A stretch of 64,000 nucleotides of DNA from Chrysomallon squamiferum (GCA_012295275.1 CM022671.1:10540001-10604000), one strand, 5' to 3'. Positions 39,956 through 54,674 are shown, numbered from the stretch's first letter. Notes: generated by a model from the sequence alone, not told the origin. Made by a program: numbers and translations.

Positions 39956-40428
39956 AAAGGGAACGAAAAAATAACACCACCCCTAAAAAGACATAACCCA
40001 ACTGATAACTGATAATAATAATAATAAAATAATAATGATAATAAAATAAATAAAAACCAAAATATTCTTTTTCAGTTTTCTACGTGTTAATTTTTTAAAC
40101 AATAATTGAAAAGTTATTATGACTTAAACTGCTATGTTTTTTACACCTGTGTAAAAGACGACATTCATTTTTCTTTATATAAGAAAGTAAAGGCTTTACG
40201 GAAACCAATATGAGTACAGATGTGGACATATTGGTGTATTAAGAATTACCTCCCCTCCAATGATTGCATTAACAGTTTTGCACAGGTTTCAATTATGCAC
40301 TAATCAAAATAGTTTACGCAAATTGAGTTCAATGATGCCATGATTCCCTGTCCCTAGCACCTCCCAGAAATATTGGATTTTCATGCTTTTAATACATACA
40401 TATATATATATATATATATAAAAACTGT

Positions 40429-40466
<38 letters not shown>

Positions 40467-41102
40467 TGGAAAGAAGAATATAATCAAAATGAAATCAAAT
40501 TTAAACTTTGCAATAATTTTGATATGTCATGTTTTCGTCTATCGTCCAATGTTTCCTAGTAAAAATGTGATTGTTGTTGCAAAGTTGTGATAATAGAACA
40601 ATACCAAGATAGTCACAAAACACAATTATTTGTCATTCACATTTTCTTTCTTTTTTATATTTGGGCCAGTTTTATTAGAAAAGTTTGGATTAATAACACA
40701 TTTATTCACAATTGTATGAAAAGAATGACATAAGAAAAAGAATGACTAGAATATCATTAACAAACCATCTCAAAATACATTATTTACAATCCCATCCATG
40801 TGAAAGAGCAAGAATTGTTTTTCAGTGTTAAGATTACTGTGGGAGATTATATTAAAATGATAATTATACATTTCAAAAAAAGCATTTGGTATCAAAACAA
40901 TTCTTAAACACATTATGCTGAAAACATTGTATTTGTAAATGTGAATATGAAAAATTTATTTCAGAAATTTCAGGTCGTTCTTTTTCTTTTTTTTCCCCAT
41001 AATCCAGCTGAAAGAAGTGCATTACTGGAAAAATAAAATGATTGTCAAAAATACAAATTTTATCCTTTTAAATAATCATATCTCTACTTTATTATTTGTT
41101 TC

Positions 41103-41136
<34 letters not shown>

Positions 41137-41343
41137 TTTAACTTTTCAGCACTTAAACATGGTTTTGCAGGATATCAGTATACAGTGATAAAAATGAGTG
41201 AACAAAAAGAAAGAAAGAAATTATAAATTTTGGAAAAATAGTTGAGTCTCATATTATTGTATTAAATAATGATGGACTTAGTACACTGCTATAACACTAC
41301 ATTCTGTTCATGAGTAGCACTAACAATTTATGACACATTAAAA

Positions 41344-41925
41344 TTACCAAACATGACTAACTGCCAACATGAAGAATACGGTCTTCAGAATATCATATGA
41401 CACAAACTTTGGATAACCAAATCCCAGGGATTCAATGTCTTTACATAGTTTCTGAAAATGCTTCCATGTAGGATCTGGAACGAATCTTTCTGTGATATTA
41501 GCTCTGAAGTCCGGGCCATTGAACTGGTCATACAGTGTGAATGAAACTGGCAGCATGAAAGGCCAGTCTAGGATAATGTCATATTCACCAGGTAACAGTT
41601 TGATATAGACTGACAGAAACTTTCCTTCTCCTTGACCATTTCCATTAAGAAACACAGACAATGCAGCTTTGTAGCCGAATTGCGACGTGTAAAATGGCTG
41701 ACTGACAAGCTCTTTCTTACTGTTCTTATAACAAGCTTCTATGTATTTGGCCTTGTAGTTGAAAATCTTCCAGATGAAGGTTCCGTCTGTGACGTGCGTG
41801 ACAGCATGCACAGCAGCACACAGTTGGGTAATCTGGTTCTGTTGTTTTTTCACAAGGTTGCACATGAACTGAAGGTGTGTCTTTGTAGATTCTTCCACAT
41901 GTTTGTCCATGGTGAAACGTGGGCT
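41344..41925 (-). CDS. TRAF4: TRAF4-like terminal exon, copy 2, open, with a 4-bp deletion altering the tail
   Basis: ORF 41344-41931; same motifs as copy 1. Confidence 0.83.
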   Translation of the reverse strand, partial: SPRFTMDKHVEESTKTHLQFMCNLVKKQQNQITQLCAAVHAVTHVTDGTFIWKIFNYKAKYIEACYKNSKKELVSQPFYTSQFGYKAALSVFLNGNGQGEGKFLSVYIKLLPGEYDIILDWPFMLPVSFTLYDQFNGPDFRANITERFVPDPTWKHFQKLCKDIESLGFGYPKFVSYDILKTVFFMLAVSHVW

Positions 41926-42205
41926 CTGCAAAGGATTAAACTGAAATAAGTTTTTGGATTAGACAAGGATAATGAAACACGTGAAATGAATAAGCTGTGT
42001 AATGTCTAAATAATTTTCTTTTTAAATCTGTGGTAACAAATTATTATTAATAAATCATCAATGATAAGAAAAAATATATATTTAAACAATCCCAAATCAT
42101 TTAAAATATAGAAAAATATTAAAAACTAAATACAACAGAATGTAAACCAAATAGATGTTTCTTACTGTTATGAAATATACAGTTTATCGATATAATTTAA
42201 TTTAC

Positions 42206-42367
42206 CTGCAGTGTTTCTTGTAGAAACTCTCTGCTGCAGTAATCACAGTTGACAGTTCTCTTGTGACATTCATTTTTCATGTGGTTGGACAAAAACCTTC
42301 TTTCCAGTTTTGCCCCACACTTGTTCTCACACCAAACAACCTCATTTGGACAGTTTCCAGAATGTGT
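42206..42367 (-). CDS. TRAF4: TRAF4-like zf-TRAF exon, copy 2
   Basis: THSGNCPNEVVWCENKCG...ETLQ with intact splice sites. Confidence 0.86.
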
Positions 42368-42762
42368 CTAAGACAGGAAAAACAGATTCACTGAATTAAG
42401 TATTACCTCTTTTAAAACACATATAATTCCACATCAACCTCATTATTATCCTACTGAGTACCTTAAGTGACTGCTAAAGCAATTATCAGTGTGACTTCCT
42501 CCATCATTTGTTGAATCATTTGACTCTACTTTCCTTGTAGAGTCATTATCTAGCAGAGTTATATATGCTACTACATCCAACAATGGAATAAACCCAAGTA
42601 TCTGCATTGTTTGCAAAATATTATTATGTCAATTACAATAACTATTTTCAGTATTTCAAGAAACATTTTCATATTCTTTAACAAAATATATTGTTGTTAA
42701 TTAATTATAATTTGTTGCGTTCTTTTAAAGACTCTTCGTACATTTGATGGATTTGATTTTTC

Positions 42763-42806
<44 letters not shown>

Positions 42807-43459
42807 ACTTTATGGTCCAAATAAACAAATCTCGAAAAATATAACAGACTGAATGAGATAACTGTAATCCAGTGTGTAGACATCAAAAAACAAACAAAAA
42901 GAAATTAAGGAAACAAACAAAAAACAAAACCAAAAACCATAGCCTTTTAATATTTTGTTTTTATGATTATTATTTTTATTTTTTTATTGTTTGGCTTTAT
43001 TAAATAGTAGGTAGTAGCGGTGCCAGACAATTTATCAAGCAAATCAAATCAAGCAGTTGATACTTTCACAATGTGTACTGATGTGCACCTTGTACCTGGA
43101 ACCAATCTTGAACCAGCCTCAAACCTGTGATATGTAGCTTAACCTTTCATTATTGTTGGGACAGTCTATATAGTGTGCACACACAAATATTAACTGAAGG
43201 TAAAAATACAAGTGAAAATAAGAGAAAGACTGACTGACAGCATACTGATAGATAATTTCAATACAAAACAAGCTAAATCAGATTGTTACATTACCTACTC
43301 AAGGAATAACTAACTAATTTAGTTACTGCTATTCAATATGCAGTCAACCGAAAATAAAAAACACACCACTAACAAACAAGACAATGTCAATCATAAACTG
43401 TTATTAAGCGTGTCGATTAACAACATCCTAAATTTCACATTGCTATAAAATGGTCATCC

Positions 43460-43790
43460 TAAATCAGATACTGTTATGTAATGTGCAGATATTACAACAA
43501 AACAACTAAGTCAGATCATGTTATATAGTGCATGGATATTACAACAAAAAAGTAAGTCAGATCATACTATCCAGTGCATGGATATTACAACAAAACAACT
43601 AAGACAGATCATGTTATCCAGTGCATGGATATTACAACAAAACAACTAAGTCAGATCATGTTATCCTGTGCATGGATATTACAACAAAACAACTAAGTCA
43701 GATCATGTTATCCAGTGCATGGATATTACAACAAACAACTAAGTCAGATCATGTTATCCTGTGCATGGATATTACAACAAAACAACAAAA
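43460..43790. repeat. 47-bp minisatellite, about 7 copies
   Basis: Same unit as 39135-39955. Confidence 0.93.
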
Positions 43791-44566
43791 CCTGAAAACA
43801 AATAAATAAAAGAACAAAACAAAATAATATACACAAAAAGCAGACTAAATCAGATAGTGTAATCTCATGTGTAGACAATAAATCGCAGTCAGATAACAAA
43901 AACAAATTAGCCCAAACCAATAAAAACGATTAAAAAAAAAAAAAATGAATAAAAGATAAATACAAATAAACTCCCCACCCCAAAAAAAAAATTAATAACA
44001 ATAAAAAAAAGATACTTCTCCCATTAGTGATGTCTGAATGTAAGAGTTATTTCTCTTAGACCATTTCATTTAGAAAGAGAATCATGAATGTATTGCTAGA
44101 CATTTTCTTGTCCATTAACAAGAAAGGAAAAAAGAGGGATACATTTTCTGTTAAAGAGGGACTATAAATCTGGAGTGTTTGCTTTTTTCTTATTTTTTTT
44201 CGGTTATCAGGGCTGTTTCATCTAAATACACATGATGAATATTTATTTAAAGTTACCATATTTCATCCATTAAAAAATATTTTGCTGTTAATTAATTATA
44301 AATTATTGTCTTCTTTTAAGGACTCTTCATACAATATGGATCTTTAATAAATATACATAAGAAGCAGCCTCAATCAGATACTTTAATCCCATGTGTAGAC
44401 AATAAATATTAATCAGATACCAAAAATTAATTACCCCTAAAACAATAAAAAGAAATTAAATAAAGCCAAAAAGCCTGAATCAGATGCTGTTTTCCAGTAT
44501 AGACAATAAAAAACAACAATCATATAATAAAAGGAACAATAAAAAACAATAATTAAATAAAAATAG

Positions 44567-44600
<34 letters not shown>

Positions 44601-45377
44601 ATAAAAATATCAGTTTTAATCAGATAATGTAAAACAGTGTAATGTTAAAAATAATTTTAAAAAAAAAAATAATAATAATAATAATAATTAGTAAAGTAAA
44701 AATTTTAAATAAATTAATAAAAAATAAAAATACAAACATAACAGCTGAATCAGACACTGTAATCCAGTGTGTTGACAACAAATAACAATCAGATACTAAA
44801 AGCAAATTAACCCCCCACAAAAATAATAATAAAAAGCAAGAAGCCTGAATCAGATACTGTAATTCATTGTATAGACATTAAAGAAACAAAAACAAAAAAA
44901 AAGGGAACGAAAAAAATAACACCACCCCTAAAAAGACATAACCCAACTGATAACTGATAATAATAATAATAAAATAATAATGATAATAAAATAAATAAAA
45001 ACCAAAATATTCTTTTTCAGTTTTCTACGTGTTAATTTTTTAAACAATAATTGAAAAGTTATTATGACTTAAACTGCTATGTTTTTTTGACACCTGTGTA
45101 AAAGACGACATTCATTTTTCTTTATATAAGAAAGTAAAGGCTTTACGGAAACCAATATGAGTACAGATGTGGACATATTGGTGTATTAAGAATTACCTCC
45201 CCTCCAATGATTGCATTAACAGTTTTGCACAGGTTTCAATTATGCACAAATCAAAATAGTTTATGCAAATTGAGTTCAATGATGCCATGATTCCCTGTCC
45301 CTAGCACCTCCCAGAAATATTGGATTTTCATGCTTTTAATACATACATATATATATATATATATATGTAAAAACTGT

Positions 45378-45413
<36 letters not shown>

Positions 45414-46043
45414 GAAAGAAGAATATAATCAAAATGAAATCAAATTTAAACTTTGCAATAATTTTGATATGTCATGTTTTCGTCTATCGTCCAATGTTTC
45501 CTAGTAAAAATGTGATTGTTGTTGCAAAGTTGTGATAATAGAACAATACCAAGATAGTCACAAAACACAATTATTTGTCATTCACATTTTCTTTCTTTTT
45601 ATATTTGGGCCAGTTTTATTAGAAAAGTTTGGATTAATAACACATTTATTCACAATTGTATGAAAAGAATGACATAAGAAAAAGAATGACTAGAATATCA
45701 TTAACAAACCATCTCAAAATACATTATTTACAATCCCATCCATGTGAAAGAGCAAGAATTGTTTTTCAGTGTTAAGATTACTGTGGGAGATTATATTAAA
45801 ATGATAATTATACATTTCAAAAAAGCATTTGGTATCAAAACAATTCTTAAACACATTATGCTGAAAACTTTGTATTTGTAAATGTGAATATGAAAAATTT
45901 ATTTCAGAAATTTCAGGTCGTTCTTTTTCTTTTTTCCCCATAATCCAGCTGAAAGAAGTGCATTACTGGAAAAATAAAATGATTGTCAAAAATACAAATT
46001 TTATCCTTTTAAATAATCATATCTCTACTTTATTATTTGTTTC

Positions 46044-46077
<34 letters not shown>

Positions 46078-46236
46078 TTAACTTTTCAGCACTTAAACAT
46101 GGTTTTGCAGGATATCAGTATACAGTGATAAAAATGAGTGAACAAAAAGAAAGAAAGAAATTATAAATTTTGGAAAAATAGTTGAGTCTCATATTATTGT
46201 ATTAAATAATGATGGACTTAGTACACTGCTATAACA

Positions 46237-47310
46237 CTACATTCTGTTCATGAGTAGCACTAACAATTTATGACACATTAAAATTACCAAACATGACTGA
46301 CTAACTGCCAACATGAAGAATACGGTCTTCAGAATATCATATGACACAAACTTTGGATAACCAAATCCCAGGGATTCAATGTCTTTACATAGTTTCTGAA
46401 AATGCTTTCATGTAGGATCTGGAACGAATCTTTCTGTGATATTAGCTCTGAAGTCCGGGCCATTGAACTGGTCATACAGTGTGAATGAAACTGGCAGCAT
46501 GAAAGGCCAGTCTAGGATAATGTCATATTCACCAGGTAACAGTTTGATATAGACTGACAGAAACTTTCCTTCTCCTTGACCATTTCCATTAAGAAACACA
46601 GACAATGCAGCTTTGTAGCCGAATTGCGACGTGTAAAATGGCTGACTGACAAGCTCTTTCTTACTGTTCTTATAACAAGCTTCTATGTATTTGGCCTTGT
46701 AGTTGAAAATCTTCCAGATGAAGGTTCCGTCTGTGACGTGCGTGACAGCATGCACAGCAGCACACAGTTGGGTAATCTGGTTCTGTTGTTTTTTCACAAG
46801 GTTGCACATGAACTGAAGGTGTGTCTTTGTAGATTCTTCCACATGTTTGTCCATGGTGAAACGTGGGCTCTGCAAAGGATTAAACTGAAATAAGTTTTGG
46901 ATTAGACAAGGATAATGAAACACGTGAAATGAATAAGCTGTGTAATGTCTAAATAATTTTCTTTTTAAATCTGTGGTAACAAATTATTATTAATAAATCA
47001 TCAATGATAAGAAAAAATATATATTTAAACAATCCCAAATCATTTAAAATATAGAAAAATATTAAAAACTAAATACAACAGAATGTAAACCAAATAGATG
47101 TTTCTTACTGTTATGAAATATACAGTTTATCGATATAATTTAATTTACCTGCAGTGTTTCTTGTAGAAACTCTCTGCTGCAGTAATCACAGTTGACAGTT
47201 CTCTTGTGACATTCATTTTTCATGTGGTTGGACAAAAACCTTCTTTCCAGTTTTGCCCCACACTTGTTCTCACACCAAACAACCTCATTTGGACAGTTTC
47301 CAGAATGTGT
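46237..47310 (-). pseudogene. TRAF4: TRAF4-like fragment, copy 3 (exons 47149-47310 and 46237-46869) with a premature stop
   Basis: Trp TGG changed to TGA at 46408-46410 in PDPT(W). Confidence 0.88.
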
Positions 47311-47705
47311 CTAAGACAGGAAAAACAGATTCACTGAATTAAGTATTACCTCTTTTAAAACACATATAATTCCACATCAACCTCATTATTATCCTACTGA
47401 GTACCTTAAGTGACTGCTAAAGCAATTATCAGTGTGACTTCCTCCATCATTTGTTGAATCATTTGACTCTACTTTCCTTGTAGAGTCATTATCTAGCAGA
47501 GTTATATATGCTATTACATCCAACAATGGAATAAACCCAAGTATCTGCATTGTTTGCAAAATATTATTATGTCAATTACAATAACTATTTTCAGTATTTC
47601 AAGAAACATTTTCATATTCTTTAACAAAATATATTGTTGTTAATTAATTATAATTTGTTGCGTTCTTTTAAAGACTCTTCGTACATTTGATGGATTTGAT
47701 TTTTC

Positions 47706-47744
<39 letters not shown>

Positions 47745-48399
47745 ACTTTATGGTCCAAATAAACAAATCTCGAAAAATATAACAGACTGAATGAGATAAC
47801 TGTAATCCAGTGTGTAGACATCAAAAAACAAACAAAAAGAAATTAAGGAAACAAACAAAAAACAAAACCAAAAACCATAGCCTTTTAATATTTTGTTTTT
47901 ATGATTATTATTTTTATTTTTTTATTGTTTGGCTTTATTAAATAGTAGGTAGTAGCGGTGCCAGACAATTTATCAAGCAAATCAAATCAAGCAGTTGATA
48001 CTTTCACAATGTGTACTGATGTGCACCTTGTACCTGGAACCAATCTTGAACCAGCCTCAAACCTGTGATATGTAGCTTAACCTTTCATTATTGTTGGGAC
48101 AGTCTATATAGTGTGCACACACAAATACTAACTGAAGGTAAAAATACAAGTGAAAATAAGAGAAAGACTGACTGACAGCATACTGATAGATAATTTCAAA
48201 AAAAAAACAAGCTAAATCAGATTGTTACATTACCTACTCAAGGAATAACTAACTAATTTAGTTACTGCTATGCAATATGCAGTCAACCGAAAATAAAAAA
48301 CCCACCACTAACAAACAAGACAATGTCAATCATAAACTGTTATTAAGCGTGTCGATTAACAACATCCTAAATTTCACATTGCTATAAAATGGTCATCCT

Positions 48400-48725
48400 A
48401 AATCAGATACTGTTATGTAATGTGCAGATATTACAACAAAACAACTAAGTCAGATCATGTTATATAGTGCATGGATATTACAACAAACAAGTAAGTCAGA
48501 TCATACTATCCAGTGCATGGATATTACAACAAAACAACTAAGACAGATCATGTTATCCAGTGCATGGATATTACAACAAAACAACTAAGTCAGATCATGT
48601 TATCCTGTGCATGGATATTACAACAAAACAACTAAGTCAGATCATGTTATCCAGTGCATGGATATTACAACAAACAACTAAGTCAGATCATGTTATCCTG
48701 TGCATGGATATTACAACAAAACAAC
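48400..48725. repeat. 47-bp minisatellite, about 7 copies
   Basis: Same unit as 39135-39955. Confidence 0.93.
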
Positions 48726-49357
48726 AAAACCTGAAAACAAATAAATAAAAGAACAAAACAAAATAATATACACAAAAAGCAGACTAAATCAGATAGTGTA
48801 ATCTCATGTGTAGACAATAAATCGCAGTCAGATAACAAAAACAAATTAGCCCAAACCAATAAAAACGATTAAAAAAAAAAAAAAAAATATTGCTAGACAT
48901 TTTCTTGTCCATTAACAAGAAAGGAAAAAAAGAGGGATACATTTTCTGTTAAAGAGGGACTATAAATCTGGAGTGTTTGCTTTTTTATTTTTTTTTCGGT
49001 TATCAGGGCTGTTTCATCTAAATACATGATGAATATTTATTTAAAGTTACCATATTTCATCCATTAAAAATATTTTGCTGTTAATTAATTATAAATTATT
49101 GTCTTCTTTTAAGGACTCTTCATACAATATGGATCTTTAATAAATATACATAAGAAGCAGCCTCAATCAGATACTTTAATCCCATGTGTAGACAATAAAT
49201 ATTAATCAGATACCAAAAATTAATTACCCCTAAAACAATAAAAAGAAATTAAATAAAGCCAAAAAGCCTGAATCAGATGCTGTTTTCCAGTATAGACAAT
49301 AAAAAACAACAATCATATAATAAAAGGAACAATAAAAAACAATAATTAAATAAAAAT

Positions 49358-49395
<38 letters not shown>

Positions 49396-50168
49396 ATAAA
49401 AATATCAGTTTTAATCAGATAATGTAAAACAGTGTAATGTTAAAAATAATTTTAAAAATAAAATAATAATAATAATAATAATTAGTAAAGTAAAAATTTT
49501 AAATAAATTAATAAAAAAATAAAAATACAAACATAACAGCTGAATCAGACACTGTAATCCAGTGTGTTGACAACAAATAACAATCAGATACTAAAAGCAA
49601 ATTAACCCCCCACAAAAATAATAATAAAAAGCAAGAAGCCTGAATCAGATACTGTAATTCATTGTATAGACATTAAAGAAACAAAAACAAAAAAAAGGGA
49701 ACGAAAAAAATAACACCACCCCTAAAAAGACATAACCCAACTGATAACTGATAATAATAATAATAAAATAATAATGATAATAAAATAAATAAAAACCAAA
49801 ATATTCTTTTTCAGTTTTCTACGTGTTAATTTTTTAAACAATAATTGAAAAGTTATTATGACTTAAACTGCTATGTTTTTACACCTGTGTAAAAGACGAC
49901 ATTCATTTTTCTTTATATAAGAAAGTAAAGGCTTTACGGAAACCAATATGAGTACAGATGTGGACATATTGGTGTATTAAGAATTACCTCCCCTCCAATG
50001 ATTGCATTAACAGTTTTGCACAGGTTTCAATTATGCACAAATCAAAATAGTTTACGCAAATTGAGTTCAATGATGCCATGATTCCCTGTCCCTAGCACCT
50101 CCCAGAAATATTGGATTTTCATGCTTTTAATACATACATATATATATATATATATATGTAAAAACTGT

Positions 50169-50204
<36 letters not shown>

Positions 50205-50834
50205 GAAAGAAGAATATAATCAAAATGAAATCAAATTTAAACTTTGCAATAATTTTGATATGTCATGTTTTCGTCTATCGTCCAATGTTTCCTAGTAAAA
50301 ATGTGATTGTTGTTGCAAAGTTGTGATAATAAAACAATACCAAGATAGTCACAAAACACAATTATTTGTCATTCACATTTTCTTTCTTTTTATATTTGGG
50401 CCAGTTTTATTAGAAAAGTTTGGATTAATAACACATTTATTCACAATTGTATGAAAAGAATGACATAAGAAAAAGAATGACTAGAATATCATTAACAAAC
50501 CATCTCAAAATACATTATTTACAATCCCATCCATGTGAAAGAGCAAGAATTGTTTTTCAGTGTTAAGATTACTGTGGGAGATTATATTAAAATGATAATT
50601 ATACATTTCAAAAAAGCATTTGGTATCAAAACAATTCTTAAACACATTATGCTGAAAACTTTGTATTTGTAAATGTGAATATGAAAAATTTATTTCAGAA
50701 ATTTCAGGTCGTTCTTTTTCTTTTTTCCCCATAATCCAGCTGAAAGAAGTGCATTACTGGAAAAATAAAATGATTGTCAAAAATACAAATTTTATCCTTT
50801 TAAATAATCATATCTCTACTTTATTATTTGTTTC

Positions 50835-50865
<31 letters not shown>

Positions 50866-51072
50866 TTAACTTTTCAGCACTTAAACATGGTTTTGCAGGA
50901 TATCAGTATACAGTGATAAAAATGAGTGAACAAAAAGAAAGAAAGAAATTATAAATTTTGGAAAAATAGTTGAGTCTCATATTATTGTATTAAATAATGA
51001 TGGACTTAGTACACTGCTATAACACTACATTCTGTTCATGAGTAGCACTAACAATTTATGACACATTAAAAT

Positions 51073-51985
51073 TACCAAACATGACTAACTGCCAACATGA
51101 AGAATACGGTCTTCAGAATATCATATGACACAAACTTTGGATAACCAAATCCCAGGGATTCAATGTCTTTACATAGTTTCTGAAAATGCTTTCATGTAGG
51201 ATCTGGAACGAATCTTTCTGTGATATTAGCTCTGAAGTCCGGGCCATTGAACTGGTCATACAGTGTGAATGAAACTGGCAGCATGAAAGGCCAGTCTAGG
51301 ATAATGTCATATTCACCAGGTAACAGTTTGATATAGACTGACAGAAACTTTCCTTCTCCTTGACCATTTCCATTAAGAAACACAGACAATGCAGCTTTGT
51401 AGCCGAATTGCGACGTGTAAAAATGGCTGACTGACAAGCTCTTTCTTACTGTTCTTATAACAAGCTTCTATGTATTTGGCCTTGTAGTTGAAAAAATCTT
51501 CCAGATGAAGGTTCCGTCTGTGACGTGCGTGACAGCATGCACAGCAGCACACAGTTGGGTAATCTGGTTCTGTTGTTTTTTCACAAGGTTGCACATGAAC
51601 TGAAGGTGTGTCTTTGTAGATTCTTCCACATGTTTGTCCATGGTGAAACGTGGGCTCTGCAAAGGATTAAACTGAAATAAGTTTTGGATTAGACAAGGAT
51701 AATGAAACACGTGGAAATGAATGCTGTGTAATGTCTAAATAATTTTTTTTTAAATCTGTGGTAACAAATTATTATTAATAAATCATCAATGATAAGAAAA
51801 ATATATATTTAAACAATCCCAAATCATTTAAAATATAGAAAAATATTAAAAACTAAATACAACAGAAATGTAAACCAAATAGATGTTTCTTACTGTTGTA
51901 AATATACAGTTTATCAGATATAATTTAATTTACCTGCAGTGTTTCTTTTTCATGTAGAAACTCTCTGCTGCAGTAATCACAGTAG
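51073..51985 (-). pseudogene. TRAF4: TRAF4-like fragment, copy 4 (stop, homopolymer frameshifts, garbled zinc-finger exon)
   Basis: Same TGA at 51192-51194; extra A bases in runs near 51420 and 51492; sequence quality decays toward the gap. Confidence 0.8.
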
Positions 51986-52482
51986 GAAAACAGATTTGGA
52001 CCATTGAATTCTTTTTGGCATTACCTCTTTAAAACACATATAATTCCACATCAACCTATTTTCATTATTATCCCAATATACTCCGCTTATGCTAAAGCAA
52101 TTATCGATAACGGATTCCTCCATCATTTGAGTTGAATCATTTGATCTTTACCTTTCCTTGAGAGTCATCGACTAGCAGAGTTATATGCTACCAGCATCCA
52201 ACAATGGAATAAACCGCGGTAATTTGTTTGCAAATTATATTGCGTCAATTGGTTAAATGAACGGTTTCAGCATCAAAGAAACATTCGCCTTTACCAAATT
52301 ATGCTGTTACCAATTGCGAATTTGTTTTCGCCCTGGAAGACTCTCGTACATTTATTGATTTGATTTTTCTGCTTTTCTTTTTCTTTTTTTTTTTTTTGAC
52401 TTTTCCTTTATGGTCCAAATAAACAAATCTCGAAAAATATAACAGACTGGAATGAGATAACTGTAATCCAGTGTGTAGACAT

Positions 52483-52682
52483 NNNNNNNNNNNNNNNNNN
52501 NNNNNNNNNNNNNNNNNNNNNNNNNNNNNNNNNNNNNNNNNNNNNNNNNNNNNNNNNNNNNNNNNNNNNNNNNNNNNNNNNNNNNNNNNNNNNNNNNNNN
52601 NNNNNNNNNNNNNNNNNNNNNNNNNNNNNNNNNNNNNNNNNNNNNNNNNNNNNNNNNNNNNNNNNNNNNNNNNNNNNNNNNN
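52483..52682. other. Assembly gap (200 N)
   Basis: Run of N. Confidence 1.
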
Positions 52683-53599
52683 ATTTTCTGATGACTTGAT
52701 AACAATCTAGCAAAACATCTTAATTCAGACATTATCTACACACATTTGGTTTCGATATGGTTACAGTAGCATAAAGACAACTAATAAAATAAAATAAAGT
52801 ATCTGATACTAATGGCACTAACCTGAGTTCATTGTCAACTTTTGTGATTTCCTTCTGAGGCAGTTTTACCTTCCTTCAAATCTTGTGTCATTTTCACAGT
52901 TCAGTTTTCTAGCTGCAGATTACTGAAAATATTAATATATTTTTTCAAAAATAAAAATTAAAATACACCTGGTTTTATTACATAATGTATTTATTGTTGT
53001 TATTTAAAATCTGGTTATTAATATGACAAAAGGTTCCAAATACCTCTTGTTTCATAATTATCATTTGCTCTAACATTACTGCTCTATCAATATATTGTCA
53101 CTCAACTCATAGGTGAACATGAGAATTCAGGTAGGCGGGGAAACCAAATGTTTCTGAATGACATTGTCTTTATGGACGAGTATGGTAAGCAATTTTCTGT
53201 TCTTATTTTGATTGGGTGTAATGTGCAATTAAACTGTGTCAAAAACATTTGTTATACCTAAAATTTTAAGGTTTTAATCTGTCTTCCATAGAGATTCTTA
53301 TTTTGTCTTGTTTCCCCGTATGACCTTTCTCAAGGAGCAGAAAATATCATAATTAAATAATTAACTTGAACCTTAACTGAGGTGTTGTGTATATTTCTCC
53401 AGTGGATGGATAGACTTATTGATTTATATAGATTGCTGTCAATTTAGCATTTATATTCCTTGTTAGGTGACCATTAAAGCACCTTGTTACCCTAGACTGA
53501 GCCTTAATAAAACATACAGTGTGTTTATAAAGGTGTGAGCCCCGTGACAACATGGTCATCACATATGTGCATCAAAGTAAAGCTTTTTACAAGTCCTAA

Positions 53600-53930
53600 A
53601 GCTATACAGTATTCTAAGAAAGCTGACAAGACCAGAGTGGTGATTTCACTTCTAAACATAACTCAAAGGATGATGATTCCATATTATTTACTGTGGATGA
53701 TTTGTCCAAATCTTTTGTACCATGTGTGAGAAATCTTGTTATTGTTTGATTCTGCTTTGACTATGCACCACAAAGTGAATGCAAAATGTCACTCTCAGCT
53801 ATAGAAGATCTATAGAATCATCAGGCAGTATCTGATCAGTGATGCCACAAAAACACTGGTATATGGCCTTGTGATGTCATGACTGGGCTATTGAATTGGA
53901 CAATTAAACTGCTTGCCTAATACCTTGGTC
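53600..53930 (+). mobile_element. L2/CR1-type LINE fragment (mirror of 18435-18765)
   Basis: Same degenerate motifs. Confidence 0.65.
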
Positions 53931-54551
53931 AACATCAGAAAAATAAATTTATTTGGAAGGTAAATCGATTCTATTCAAGTATGTATCATCTACTAACTTA
54001 CTTTTCAAACTTAAGATTATGAACAGCAACAAAAGATCCAAAAGAAAGTCAATTGTTGTTTTCTGTTGAATTTTCTTTCACTTACTTCAACAGTGCCAAA
54101 ACCAAATAATGGTGTTTAGAACTCACACAGTGGTATTAAATTGTAACATTGTCACCTGGTGACAGAACAACTCACTTTGCCAGCCAGTGGTTACTGAAGC
54201 ATGACACTTAACAATAACATTTTAGAGTGCAGACTGAAGCTGTCCAGTCAGTATGACAGCTCTGTGGTGTGAACAGAAACAAGCTGACTGGTCAAACAGG
54301 TCAACTTGTCACGTCAGATGAAGTTAAACGAGAAAAAAAATTGAAATAAAATACCTGGCTTTTTCTTCTTTAATATCATCTTATAAATTGCAATTTCCTT
54401 ATAAATATTCACAAGAAATAAATATATAATATTCGTTTCTCACTTTCTTATCATACAGAATTTTCAAATTAATGCAACAGTTGATGTCAATAAGAATAAT
54501 TTATTAATTTTAAATGTTTTTTTCTAAATAAGAAAAATGTATTTCATTTTC

Positions 54552-54596
<45 letters not shown>

Positions 54597-54636
54597 TTAC
54601 CTTCAACTTAGTATCAATATGGTATGATAATAATAA

Positions 54637-54674
<38 letters not shown>

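Larger units (their letters stand above)
34734..52482 (-). repeat. Tandem array of four TRAF4-fragment units, periods about 4316, 4944 and 4787 bp
   Basis: Unit start gatacttctcccattag at 34734 and 44011; TRAF last-exon 5' ends at 37609, 41925, 46869, 51656; near-identical intervening DNA. Confidence 0.96.

Noticed and set aside
51700-52482. Highly diverged fourth TRAF unit suggesting rapid evolution
   Set aside because: Indel-rich decay toward a contig end fits a low-coverage read consensus
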